NCBI GenBank assembly: GCA_025603075.1
Contig: MU626405.1
Location: 1-49,186 of the forward strand
DNA from: Neoconidiobolus thromboides FSU 785
Taxonomy: Eukaryota; Fungi; Entomophthoromycota
Direction: 5' to 3'
Length of the DNA stretch: 49,186 nt
Within the stretch, counting starts at the first letter, position 1; every line of letters starts with the position of its first letter. Below, piece by piece: positions 37,921-49,088 of the stretch. Below the pieces are notes generated by a model. It saw nothing but the letters and a program-made list of their open reading frames with translations. It had not been told where the DNA came from and searched no databases. The translations under genes and the position numbers were made by a program.

Positions 37921-38261
37921 ACTTAATACGCATTAAATACAGTATAGAAAAGACACATATAATTAGTAAACATTACATAATAATTGCTCTTAGTTTTTGT
38001 TAGCTTTGGATTATGATAATAATATGAATTACTGTTAAGACTCTTTTTATTGTAGAAACTGTTTATTATTCTTTAATTGTAATTCCATTTATATTATTAT
38101 AAAAAAATTTAAGTAGTAAAAATATATTAGAAATTCTTAGTTAAGTAAATAATTTTATTAACATTAGGCATTATAAGTCAAATTCTATTTATAGTTATAT
38201 ATATTATCATCTAAATGAAAAACCCTGGTGTAAATATTTTTATATAGCAGGTTTATTTATA

Positions 38262-38835
38262 TCAATCAGCTTCGTTGATTCCTATGGCTTTAAGAATATT
38301 TAATAAATTGTTAGGATCATCAATATTTTTATGGAGGGTCCCTTCTACTATAGGAACACCACTGGCAACTTCAAAGGATTTAAAAACGATAGAGGAGCTT
38401 GGAGACATCAATACTCCATATGGAAAATATTCACCTTGTATAAATCCAGCCAGGTGTCAAGGTCCTGTAAATTGAGACTTTTTATCTGATTTACATTCAA
38501 TAACTAATATTTTAATACTATATTTGTTTGATTCGACCGTAATATTGATGCTTCTATCATCATTATTGCCGATAAGAATTACATATTTAATGAAGTAAAC
38601 ATTAAATGTATCTAATCCGTTAAAGCTCAAAAGAACAAATGCTAATCTAATAACATTGGTTTTCTGTTTGTTTCAAGCCCCTTATTGGCTACTATTAAAA
38701 ACGTTTCTTTCTGTGATTGATTGATCTTTTATTTTATTTTAGAAGTATACTTATATTGCTCTTTTTATAGCTTTCAAAGGATAGCTTATATCAATAGCTA
38801 ATACTTAATTAAGCCAGTAAGTTAATCTAAGGCAA
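38262..38835 (-). pseudogene. Array paralogue C
   Basis: QKETFLIVAN / IRLAFVLLSFNGLDTFNVYFIK...KILVIECKSDK...*HLAGFIQGEYFPYGVLMSPSSS...NNLLNILKAIGINEAD*. Confidence 0.75.
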
Positions 38836-39011
38836 TAAACAGCAAAAGCACCGTTAGGCGCTATAAAAACATATTACAACTGTACCATCATCAAATGGTT
38901 ATTATCAAGTTAGCCGGTCATTACTCATAGATGTTAAAAACCATTGGAATGGTTATAGTAAGTATTTACATTGTACGGACTATAATTACCTTGTGGTTAT
39001 CAAAAGTTTAA

Positions 39012-39117
39012 ATATGGGGATGTATTTTTGTGTTTAAGAATTTTACTAACAATCTTTTCACTCAAATAATGCTTAAAAGATGGAAAAAGTAATTAGGCCA
39101 AAAAAACATCCCCATAT
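39012..39117 (-). mobile_element. MITE copy 17 (inside the paralogue array)
   Basis: ATAT-GGGGATG...CATCCCC-ATAT. Confidence 0.9.
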
Positions 39118-39256
39118 ACTGAAAATTTAATATTAAATAAATAGCTTTACTAATATGAAGTTTATAATTTAAATCTGTTTATAAATGTGTATGATATTAT
39201 TTCAAATTTAAGTTCCAGTAGCAGCATTTTTATATAACAGTTTTCTTTATTATAGG

Positions 39257-39760
39257 TCAACCGGTTCTATCAGTTCCCATGCTTTTAAGAGCATTCAATA
39301 AAACATCAAAATCTGTTACATTGTTACATGTAACATTTTCTACAATAGAGACGTTGGGGAAATCAACATTCAAAGTAGACATAGTAGGAGAATTCGGAGT
39401 CATTAATATTCCCTTATGATAAAGCTTACTTTGCATATAACCCACCGGTTGTTGTTTGAATCCTATGATTTAATACTCACCTAATTTACACATAATAATC
39501 AACGCTTTATCTTCATCTTTAATTATTTTGGGTACAATATCAGACCCATCATTATTCCCATTATTGAGCTTTAGACATAGTTGTGTAACCATTATGATAA
39601 CATAGTCCACTAAATTCTAAAAAACAAAATGTCAATACAATAGTATCACCATTTGATCTAGTACTAAACGCTTTATTTATTATAGTCATCAAAATCTCCA
39701 TCTGTGAATCGTTTATCCTTTATTTTATATTAGACTTTGTTTTTTATTTTGTTTGTAGGA
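39257..39760 (-). pseudogene. Array paralogue D
   Basis: QMEILMTIINKA...LTFCFLEFSGL / GSDIVPKIIKDEDKALIIMCKLGEY*...GYMQSKLYHKGILMT...NNVTDFDVLLNALKSM. Confidence 0.75.
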
Positions 39761-40700
39761 GAGTAAAAATTAAAAACAAACCTTACTCAATAGTCAATTG
39801 CTTAAAAAGAAATACTTATCGTAATCAACTGCTATTTTTATATCTGCCAAGCTAAACCATAAATAATACAAAAAACTCAACATAATGAAATAAAGTCAAT
39901 ACATGACAAAAAGATCTAATCAAATACCTGTTACTTGGTCTATTTCACATTAATTATTATATTTTTCTGACAAATTTAGCTAAAAATATGATGGTTAATA
40001 TGAAACAGACCAAGTATTACTTTAATAAAATGGTAACTATATTTTATGGCATACTTAATTATAGCACCATATAACATAACTAATTCTGATGGTACACATT
40101 AAGATAACCCCTTAGGTCTATGGGAAACTGAAATAATCGTAGCATAAATAACCACTAAAAGATATAAAGAGTGTTTCTATACGATAGCCTTTTGAATATA
40201 TTATTAAAATAGTAATCGAATTGTTATTATAGTAGCTACCTTTTTTATATAATTCGATCTATCTTAATATGTAAGGATCTACTTTCTGTATCTGAACCCG
40301 CTAGTTACATCCTGAAAGCTTTTAGATATTCTCTTAAGCCTCCCACCCACTATGATGTGGTTCCAATTTACCTAATAATTCGGTGTTCTTGGAATTGAAT
40401 ATTGGTTTTGACTTCACTGAAAGATATGAAAAAGAGATACATTTTTCATTGAAAATAAACATTTTAGTATTTTATTTATTCATAATTACTAAACAACATG
40501 GTTTTTATTGGTGTATACTTTTTTGTTTGATATACAAGATAGTTCCTTCGCTTTAATAAAACAAAAAGTAATCAAGAATAAAAAACATATAACACTCTGG
40601 CTGTTTTTTTGAATAACAAATTACTTTAGTGCTATTTCCAGTACAAAGTTTTGTATGTGTTCATTATCAATACTTTTGTATGATCTTTCATTACTGTAAA

Positions 40701-41275
40701 TCAAACAGATTGATCGATTCTCATGTTTTTTGAGAGATTATATAATGTATCAATACAGCTCATATTATGATAAGTAGCTCCTTATATTATAACAACATCT
40801 TGGGCCTCTATATATAGCTTGAGTATTTTGGAATGCCTTCGAGTCATCAATATTCTGTCGAAAGAAAATTTACTTTAGATATATCTTATAATTTGTTGCT
40901 TAAGACTAGTAAGATGAGATTCATCTAGTTCACATAAAATAACCGCAGCTTTAGCCTGAGTTTAATTCTCTCGACCATAATACCAATATTATTATGATTG
41001 TTACTATTGGCCTTACTTTTAGATTTACAAGTATAAGTATTAGAAGGAACTAATCCACTAAAATTTAAAGAAGTATATACTAAGCTACTGACTTCCTTTT
41101 CCATCTAGTATAGAGTACTTTGTTAGATATCATTATTATTATCTCTATATGAACGGTTCATGTTTATTTTACGTTAACGTTTATTTTATTGCTCTATTTA
41201 TACCTTTTAAAAGATGGCTTGTATCCTCAGTTGCTAAACTGATTAAAAAGTTAAGTCAATCTAAAACAGTACGCA
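40701..41275 (-). pseudogene. Array paralogue E
   Basis: EKEVSSLVYTSLNFSGLVPSNTYTCKS / AKAAVILCELDESHL...YI*SKIF / RILMTRRHSKILKL...GATYHNMS / KNMRIDQSV*. Confidence 0.7.
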
Positions 41276-41604
41276 GAAAAACTAATATTAAATACTGTAA
41301 AAAATATAGTGGGGTTTATAAACTATTATACAATTGTTATCCAATATGTATTCTATTACTCTCAAATTATAATCGTGATATGAACTAACTTTTTAATTCT
41401 TTATATTATATCAATTTTTATCGAATCTTAATTTCAATTATATTTATATTATTTTCTGTCAAGTATTTTAAATATTAATCACTTTTTCAACGTTATACTT
41501 TAAACTTTGAAATTTTATTATAAATTTAAATAGAGGTTATTTGAGAATTAAATTTCAATATCAATCTATTTACTCTATCATTATCTAATATAAATTAAAC
41601 AGTT

Positions 41605-42150
41605 TTATTGGTTTTCATACCTCTTTGAAAGCATTAGATAATTCATCCATGTGGAAAATAATACTGTAAGAGATTCCTTCTACTATAAGGGCATCTTAAT
41701 ATTTTTACTTAATATAAACAAATTGGCAAACTTTGGATCCATAAATGCACCATTAAGGAAAAATTATACTTGATATTAGGTTAATAGTTGTTAAAACTTT
41801 AATTAAATTTGCCTAGCTTATGCACAAGAAATAATACTTTGACTTCATTCTTAATTACTTTAATCGTAATGCAGTCTACTTTGTTATTTTTAAATAAATG
41901 TGGTCTTTATCTGCAACTAAGTAGCTGCTCATCTAATCCAATCTAATTCAGTATAATACAACAAAAGTCCCACCAATTCATTGATATCGCTTTCACATCC
42001 ACCATCATTTGCATGTCTAATCATAATAAATAACTTTTTTCTTCATAGCTGGCTTATTTTCTATATTCAAAGTTACTTCACTACTTTTTCATAATTTATA
42101 AAAACAGTAAGACAAATCTTTAGCTATCGACTAATTGATTAATCCACCAA
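41605..42150 (-). pseudogene. Array paralogue F (most decayed)
   Basis: CESDINELVGLLLYYTELD / VDCITIKVIKNEVKVLFLVHKLGK / FLNGAFMDPKFANLFIL / IVEGISY..HMDELSNAFKEV*. Confidence 0.6.
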
Positions 42151-42788
42151 GAGCATATGCCGTATGTATACGCAAAAAAATTTGACTTTAAGCAATTGTA
42201 CAGAGTTTAAACTTTTAATACAAAATTTCAAAATTTAGAGCCTGGGAAGTTGTATAAACTAACTATTAAAGCAAAAAAATTGATGGCAGGAAAATTGATA
42301 CTTTTTGATTTTGATTTATGATAGTTGACAAGTTATAAAAAAAAGTTGGTATAAAACAATACGCAGTAAAAGCAAAAGAGAAAGTTCACGTAACTAATCA
42401 AATCAGTCAATTACTCTAGAGCAAAAACCTTAAGAATTTATTTTTTTTTGTTTACTTTTGAGTGATACTGTATAAAGTACTGTACAAAACACCACTAGTA
42501 TATTTTAATTTTAAGTTATCTGCTAAGTTTTGTTTTTATTGTATAAAATAACGCTATATATTTAGTAACAATTAAGTTATTAGAAAAGCGCTTGAGTTTG
42601 AGACATTTAAAGTGATAGGATAATTAAGCACAAAAGTAATTAAATGATTACTTTTTAATTGTTTAAAAAAATATTACATATCTCACTATTATTTACCATA
42701 ACAATTAAAAACCTTAAAGTTTGTTTAAAAATAAGTATCAATCGTTTTATATGGCAATAGAACTTTACTATAAATCAATTATTAATTT

Positions 42789-43290
42789 TCATACCTTTAA
42801 AAAACTTAATAGATTATCAACACCAACTATATTATTACAAGTGGCCCTTTCTATTATAGCAGTACTATGAGCATTTTTACTTAATGTGAACATAGTAAGG
42901 AAGCTTGGAGTTATCAATATTCTATTAAGATAAAGCTCTATTTATATATATATCCTGTTAGCAGTTGTTTAGATCTTACATGCTTAGGTTCATCTAGTTT
43001 GCATAAAATAATGATATTTTAACTCTATCTTCAATTGTATTAACCATGAATCCAGTACATCCTGTATTTTTATCATCAATATGAACTCCACTTTTAGTAA
43101 GATGACAATTGGGAGATTTAATCTACTAAATTCAAAAAGAACAAATGTCAACTTAATGATTTTGCTTTCTAATCTAACATCAAGTGCAATTCGATCATCT
43201 TTTACTTATTCCTAAACTTATTTTATTCTTATTTGTAGGAAGATCAAAGATTAAACAGCCTTTGTTCAAACTCAGTTGATTAAAAGAGAG
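42789..43290 (-). pseudogene. Array paralogue G
   Basis: IALDVRLESKIIKLTFVLFEFSRL / CHLTKSGVHIDD...FMVNTIEDRVK / IILCKLDEP / NRILITPSFLTMFTL...IERATCN..GVDNLLSFLKV*. Confidence 0.7.
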
Positions 43291-43574
43291 TCACCATGAT
43301 CAATTGTATTTTTATATATGTCAAGTTGTTATAAATGATACAATAAATTCGTTAGGAATATTTTTTAGTTTCATCCATTTGTCTTTTTATGCAATGAAAA
43401 AAATAGCAATTTATCAATATTTAAAAATAAGATGTACCTATATTATTAATAAACTAATAAATAATATAGATAGTAAACGTTTATCGTTATTTATTCTATT
43501 AAGAATTAAGATATATTTATTTTCAACTACAATGCGATTAATTTATAATATGGTATGACTTAAGCTAGTTCAAC

Positions 43575-46500
43575 TTATTTTGGTGATAAATATTGATCCA
43601 TTTCCTTAGGATTATGTGGAGTTAAACCAACACCAACGGAGGTAGCCACTAAAGAGGGCAGCATAGCAGCTGTAAGGAAAGGATTTTGATTGGCTTGTTT
43701 ATTTTCAAACTTGTCTTTACTAGCAGTAGGTATGGCTTGATTCATATTTTCAACATTGTAAATGTTTTTATGCCCAGGTGTCAGAGAATCAAATAAATTC
43801 ACTGGAATCAAACGTAATACAAATCCAATAGGAATAGAAAACAAACCAATAGCAATGGAAGCACCCCATTGAACTCCATTCAATGGCCTTGTATCAAAAG
43901 CAGCACCACCAAACTGTACAATAATTACCTGTAATACAATGATGCCTATAAAAATACTATTGAAAATCCAATTCTTATGAATACCACGGAAGATGTTTAA
44001 ATCGTTACCAACAATACGCGAGTTTAATAAATTAAAGATTTGTAAAAATACGAATGCGTTAAATACTACTGTTTCCAAAACTTCTTTTTCAACATCATCG
44101 TCATCTTTTTGAGGTGTGAAGAAACTGGTACCACCATATAATACAGCAAAGATAATAGCTACTTGGAAAAGGGCTTGACCAAGGATCATCTTCCACATAT
44201 GAACATTAACTAAGGAGGCCTTTTGAGAATCTGGTGGACGATTTAGAACTTCAGGTGTAGGTGGATCAGTAGCTAAAGCAAGAGCAGCTAAAGTATCCAT
44301 AATCAAATTAACCCACAATAGCTGTACAGCTTTTAAGACTGAATCTTCATTACTATCAACAGCAGCACTAACAAAAGCAACAATGACAGCGGTTACGTTG
44401 ACAGTAAGTTGGAATTGTAAAAACTTTTTAATAGCATCATTTACTGTACGACCCCACATAATAGCTTTAACAATTGAAGAGAAGTTATCATCCATTAAAA
44501 TAATTGAAGAAGCTTCTTTAGCTACTTCTGTACCTGCAATACCCATAGAAAACCCAACGTTGGCTGCCTTAAGAGCAGGTGCATCATTAGTACCATCACC
44601 AGTTACAGCCACCACTTCACCCATTTCTTTGAGCTTCTTAACCAATTTCATCTTATCTTCTGGTGATGAACGGGCTAAAACTCTAAGTCTTGGAATTACA
44701 AATTCCATTTGATGGGATGAAAGTTTACGAAACTCAGGTCCTTCCATGATCACTGAGCCTTCACTATAAATACCACATTTTCTAGCAATTGATTTAGCTG
44801 TTAATACGTTATCACCAGTTACCATACGCACAGTAACACCTGCTTTTCTACATGCTTCTACAGCTTCTGGTACTCCATCACGTAATGGATCTTCAATACC
44901 TACTACTCCTAAAAAGGAGAATTCTTCTGCTGTGTATTTGTTTTCCCAAAATTGATGGCGATCGTCTCCATTAAGATTTAACAATCTACTGCTTTCATCT
45001 GAAGTAAGTTGATAATCTTTATAAGCAATACCGATAGTACGTAAAGTTTCATCAGCATATTCTGAAATACGATGTTGAATAGAATTATTGATATCATTAT
45101 CAATAGGATGATGTATGAAGGGTTGTTCTCCATCATTTGATCCTTTTCTGAAATCTACCATTGTCGTACATTTACTCAATACAATTTCAGAAGCTCCCTT
45201 GATATACAATCTATAAGATGATTTATCATTTGGTAATTTAACTAAAGTAGCCATACTTTTACGTTCGCTACTGAATGGCCATAATTCTTCCACTGGATAT
45301 CTTTGACGTAATTCATTAAAGGGTGTAGAAATAGAATCACACCATTCGAGTAATGCTACCTCCGTTTTTGAACCAACTAAGGTGACTGTTCCTTTGTCAT
45401 CTGTACTTTCGAATGCTGAAGAGTTAATAGCAATACCTTCCGATAATAAATCTAACACTTCTTTTGGAATAGCATTTGGAAACTCATCTGGTTTAAGTGG
45501 GGGGATTGAACAATTCACCTTGGTTAAATTTTGAGGATCCCTCAAAAATTGCACTGTACTACCAAACGTACCTGCTACAACTGTCATACGATTTTGGGTA
45601 AGTGTTCCTGTTTTATCAGAACATACCGTTGTGGCACTTCCCATAGTTTCACAGGCAGATAATAAACGAACCAAATTGTTATCTTTTAACATCCTAACCA
45701 TTGCGAATGCCAAAGATAAAGTTACAGCCAATGGAAGACCTTCTGGGACTGCCACTACTACTACAGTAATGGTAGTGATAATAATACTAACAATTTTTTG
45801 TACAATGACAGCAGCCTGTTTATCGTCATCAGTCAAACTACCCCAGGCAGCAAAATAACGAATCAAGAGCACAACCAACATTAATAAAGCAGCTGCACCA
45901 CCCAATTTAGAGATACGTTCAGCAAGAATACCTAATTTTTTCTGTAGAGGGGTTTCTTCGTTATCAGTTCTAAGATTCATCATGATAGTTCCGTGGAAAC
46001 TACTTTCACCCACAGCTACAACCAAACATTTACCTACACCTTCTAAAACTTTTGAACCAGAGATTAAAAAGGGATCTGATTTACCAGATACTGGACTAGA
46101 GTTTTGAATGGCTTTTAGATTTGGTAAAGCAGATAAAATTTCTGGTGATTCTGAAGTTTGAGGTTGTACACTTCTCCCCGATATTTCTTCATAAGTATGT
46201 TTTTTAATTGCATCCGATTCACCAGTGGCACTACTTTCATCGCAAGTAATATTATGGCCTGATAATAATATACCATCAGCTGCTAAAATTTCTCCAGGCT
46301 CTAATTGCATCACATCCCCTACCAATAAACCATAAACTGAAACTAAGCTCACTTTACCATCCCTAATAACTTTAACACTACGATCTTCTTTTTTAGAGTT
46401 TAATTTTTGAAATTGTTTTTCTTTACGATAATCATTTAAACTACTCACTAATATAACAATTAATACTGCTACTATAATGGCCACACCTTCAATCCAATGG

Positions 46501-46949
46501 GGCTTATCTGCATCCTTTGCACTCTTTTTACTGCCATGTGAGCCACTACCACTTACATCTTGATAGATACCAATAGCTAAAGAGACCAAAGCAGCAATGG
46601 ATAAAATAATCATCACTTTATCTTGTAATGCCTCCCAACATAGCTTTAAAAAGGATTTGGTTTTAACTGGAGGTAACCTATTGATACCAAAGTGTTTAGC
46701 ACGCGCCACATTAATATCAGAAGAGTCCAGTTTTTGTAATGCTGTACTATCGCTTAGACTTGGACTAACATCTCTCAACCCAGTTTCTACATTCGCATGT
46801 AAGCCTTCTACTAGCCCGGGCGTACCTCCCAATTCGCCCAATAAATTGATATTTTTAGGATCAAATAAAGCTTTCAACTCTCCGGGTGAGTATTTGAAGT
46901 GACTACTTTTTTCATTAATGGTGGATAAATTAACTTCTTCTTTACCCAT
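43575..46949 (-). CDS. PMC1: P2B-type (PMCA/PMC1-like) Ca2+-transporting P-type ATPase, intronless
   Basis: DESSATGES, VVAVPEGLPLAVT, CSDKTGTLT, KGASE, MVTGDN, ARSSPEDK, TGDGTNDAPAL, QLLWVNLIMDTLAALAL. Confidence 0.95.
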   Translation of the reverse strand: MGKEEVNLSTINEKSSHFKYSPGELKALFDPKNINLLGELGGTPGLVEGLHANVETGLRDVSPSLSDSTALQKLDSSDINVARAKHFGINRLPPVKTKSFLKLCWEALQDKVMIILSIAALVSLAIGIYQDVSGSGSHGSKKSAKDADKPHWIEGVAIIVAVLIVILVSSLNDYRKEKQFQKLNSKKEDRSVKVIRDGKVSLVSVYGLLVGDVMQLEPGEILAADGILLSGHNITCDESSATGESDAIKKHTYEEISGRSVQPQTSESPEILSALPNLKAIQNSSPVSGKSDPFLISGSKVLEGVGKCLVVAVGESSFHGTIMMNLRTDNEETPLQKKLGILAERISKLGGAAALLMLVVLLIRYFAAWGSLTDDDKQAAVIVQKIVSIIITTITVVVVAVPEGLPLAVTLSLAFAMVRMLKDNNLVRLLSACETMGSATTVCSDKTGTLTQNRMTVVAGTFGSTVQFLRDPQNLTKVNCSIPPLKPDEFPNAIPKEVLDLLSEGIAINSSAFESTDDKGTVTLVGSKTEVALLEWCDSISTPFNELRQRYPVEELWPFSSERKSMATLVKLPNDKSSYRLYIKGASEIVLSKCTTMVDFRKGSNDGEQPFIHHPIDNDINNSIQHRISEYADETLRTIGIAYKDYQLTSDESSRLLNLNGDDRHQFWENKYTAEEFSFLGVVGIEDPLRDGVPEAVEACRKAGVTVRMVTGDNVLTAKSIARKCGIYSEGSVIMEGPEFRKLSSHQMEFVIPRLRVLARSSPEDKMKLVKKLKEMGEVVAVTGDGTNDAPALKAANVGFSMGIAGTEVAKEASSIILMDDNFSSIVKAIMWGRTVNDAIKKFLQFQLTVNVTAVIVAFVSAAVDSNEDSVLKAVQLLWVNLIMDTLAALALATDPPTPEVLNRPPDSQKASLVNVHMWKMILGQALFQVAIIFAVLYGGTSFFTPQKDDDDVEKEVLETVVFNAFVFLQIFNLLNSRIVGNDLNIFRGIHKNWIFNSIFIGIIVLQVIIVQFGGAAFDTRPLNGVQWGASIAIGLFSIPIGFVLRLIPVNLFDSLTPGHKNIYNVENMNQAIPTASKDKFENKQANQNPFLTAAMLPSLVATSVGVGLTPHNPKEMDQYLSPK

Positions 46950-48441
46950 TATTATTATGTATTATACTTTTTATTAATGTATGTTTTTTATTGAATATGT
47001 AAGATAAAATTTTTGTTTTAAACAGAATAAAAAATAGTTAAGAACAAAAGAAATTAAATTGAATAGTTTTTATTTTTATATTAATTTTATAGTTTATAGT
47101 TTATATAGTTTGTAGGAAAATTTAGCTTAATCTTCAGTTATTAACTAATTGATTAAAAATTTAGAGGAATTATAAAATAGTTGATGTAAACTGACTTAGT
47201 TAAAAATGATTGAATATCTAATTCTCCGCCTATAAAATTTTTAGATTCACTATTTTCTTTTCTTTTGATTCGAAGTGTTTGTCTATCTTAATATCCAGTT
47301 TTCGAAACTCAATTAAAACTTTCTAAATAGAACTAATTTAGATAAAGAGAAGCTTTGTAATTCCTTCCTCATTTTTTTGTTTAAGAAAGAATTGAAATCC
47401 ATAAGCTAATAAATTCACTTATAAGTGTAATCTTACAATGCTTAAAGTTACTATTAGAAAACGTCTCATACTCTACAATCTTTCCAATTTTCAAAAAATA
47501 TACCCATTAAAGTTATTCTTTAAAAGAAAGGTTTGCCCTTTCTAATTAGAATACTGAATGCTTCTTCCAAATCCTTTAAAATTATTAAAAAAAAGCCTCT
47601 TTCTACCAATTTTTAAAAACACTTTAAGCCAAACATGATTGATTGATTTGATTTTCAATTACTAGTTAAAATATCATTTTGAGTTATATTAAAAAACGAT
47701 CAGATTTTTTAAAGAAAATGGCAATTGTCATTATTTTTAAACTAAAACTTGATCAAAAAAAGATCTAATTATGACAGAAATCAATTGATGGGTTTGTATC
47801 TATAAAATTTTTTCTAAACTATAATCGTAAAAATTTTAGCAAAAGGTTTGATTTTACTGAGGTTAATGATATTTAACCTTTGGGGTTATTTAGTTTAGAA
47901 TAAAGCTAATTCTTGATTGCGAAAAAATATGTGAGTACAATAGAATCCACTATAAGCTTTCTATTATTTTTTCTACTTAGAAATAACAAATTGACAAAAT
48001 TGATATTGTTTTGATATTCTGGCCTATTATAACATTATTGATTATGTATATTTAGATTAACAACTCAAAAATGCGCAAAATTCGAATTTATAAATAAGAA
48101 TATTCTTAACCACTTGAGTACCATAGATGAATAATACTCACCAAATTTTTATGTAGCAAAATTAAATTATGATGAACATTGTATACATATGATTTTAATC
48201 AAAATAAAATTATGACGACATTGCTCACACAACCTAAATCAAATTAACTCTTTGGATGTTAAACCTTAAAAACCTAACTTAATTAGCATAAATTGATTAA
48301 AATTATGATCCAATTGAACAGAATTTTTCTGCAACGCTTGGTGCTCAAAGGCTTAAATTCTTATCTCAAAAAGCTTATTTTTGTGCCTAAGATAGGCTAG
48401 CTACTCTGTTAATATAAAATTCGGTGCTTTTTATAATTAGT

Positions 48442-48546
48442 AATCGGGGATGTATTTTTGTGTTTAAGAATTTTATTAACTTTTCCACTCAAATAGCGCT
48501 TAAAAGGTGGAAAAAAGTAATGAAATCAAAAAAACCATCCCTAATT
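48442..48546 (-). mobile_element. MITE copy 18
   Basis: AATC-GGGGATG...CATCCCT-AATT (probably an AATT duplication with one change). Confidence 0.88.
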
Positions 48547-49088
48547 GTTGATAGAAATGTGAGTTAAAAAGTTAATAAAGTGCGCATCTTTTATTACTCA
48601 ATATTGTTTTTTGAAGAATCTAAGCAGTCTATACAAAAGCATTAACTTCTTTATCACTTATCAATTAAAATGAATGTAATATTTCATTTAAAAAATATGG
48701 TCGTTTGTACTTAAGCTATGTAATCAAAATTCTTATTTTTTTGAAAAATGTTATTACTATAATGTCAGCATACAAATAGGAAGTAAAAATTAATATACTA
48801 GCTTTAGCCTAATTATAGAACATGCTTAATTGTTTATGTATAATAAAAAATCAAGACCTTTAAACGTTTATTTATTATAGCAAAACTAGAGATGAGAAGA
48901 TTATAACATCCTTATTTTAAATCTTATATGATAATCAAATCTCAAGTATTTCCATTGTTATGAGAATGGGTAAAGTAAAATCAAATATAGGAGTTAAAAA
49001 ACGACTCTATAATTTAACTTTATTAAACATTGAAAGCGTAATGGTTGTTAATATTGAAGCAAAAGATATTAAAAAACATTCTATAAAC

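Noticed and set aside
38275-38475. 66-aa plus-strand ORF
   Set aside because: Antisense shadow of the C-terminal half of array paralogue C.
40100-40160. TIISVSHRP resembling an ABC-transporter H-loop
   Set aside because: No Walker A/B or signature motif nearby; it sits in a hydrophobic context, so probably coincidental.
44383-46902. Plus-strand ORFs 44383-44712, 45631-45858 and 46597-46902
   Set aside because: Antisense shadows of the PMC1 coding sequence.
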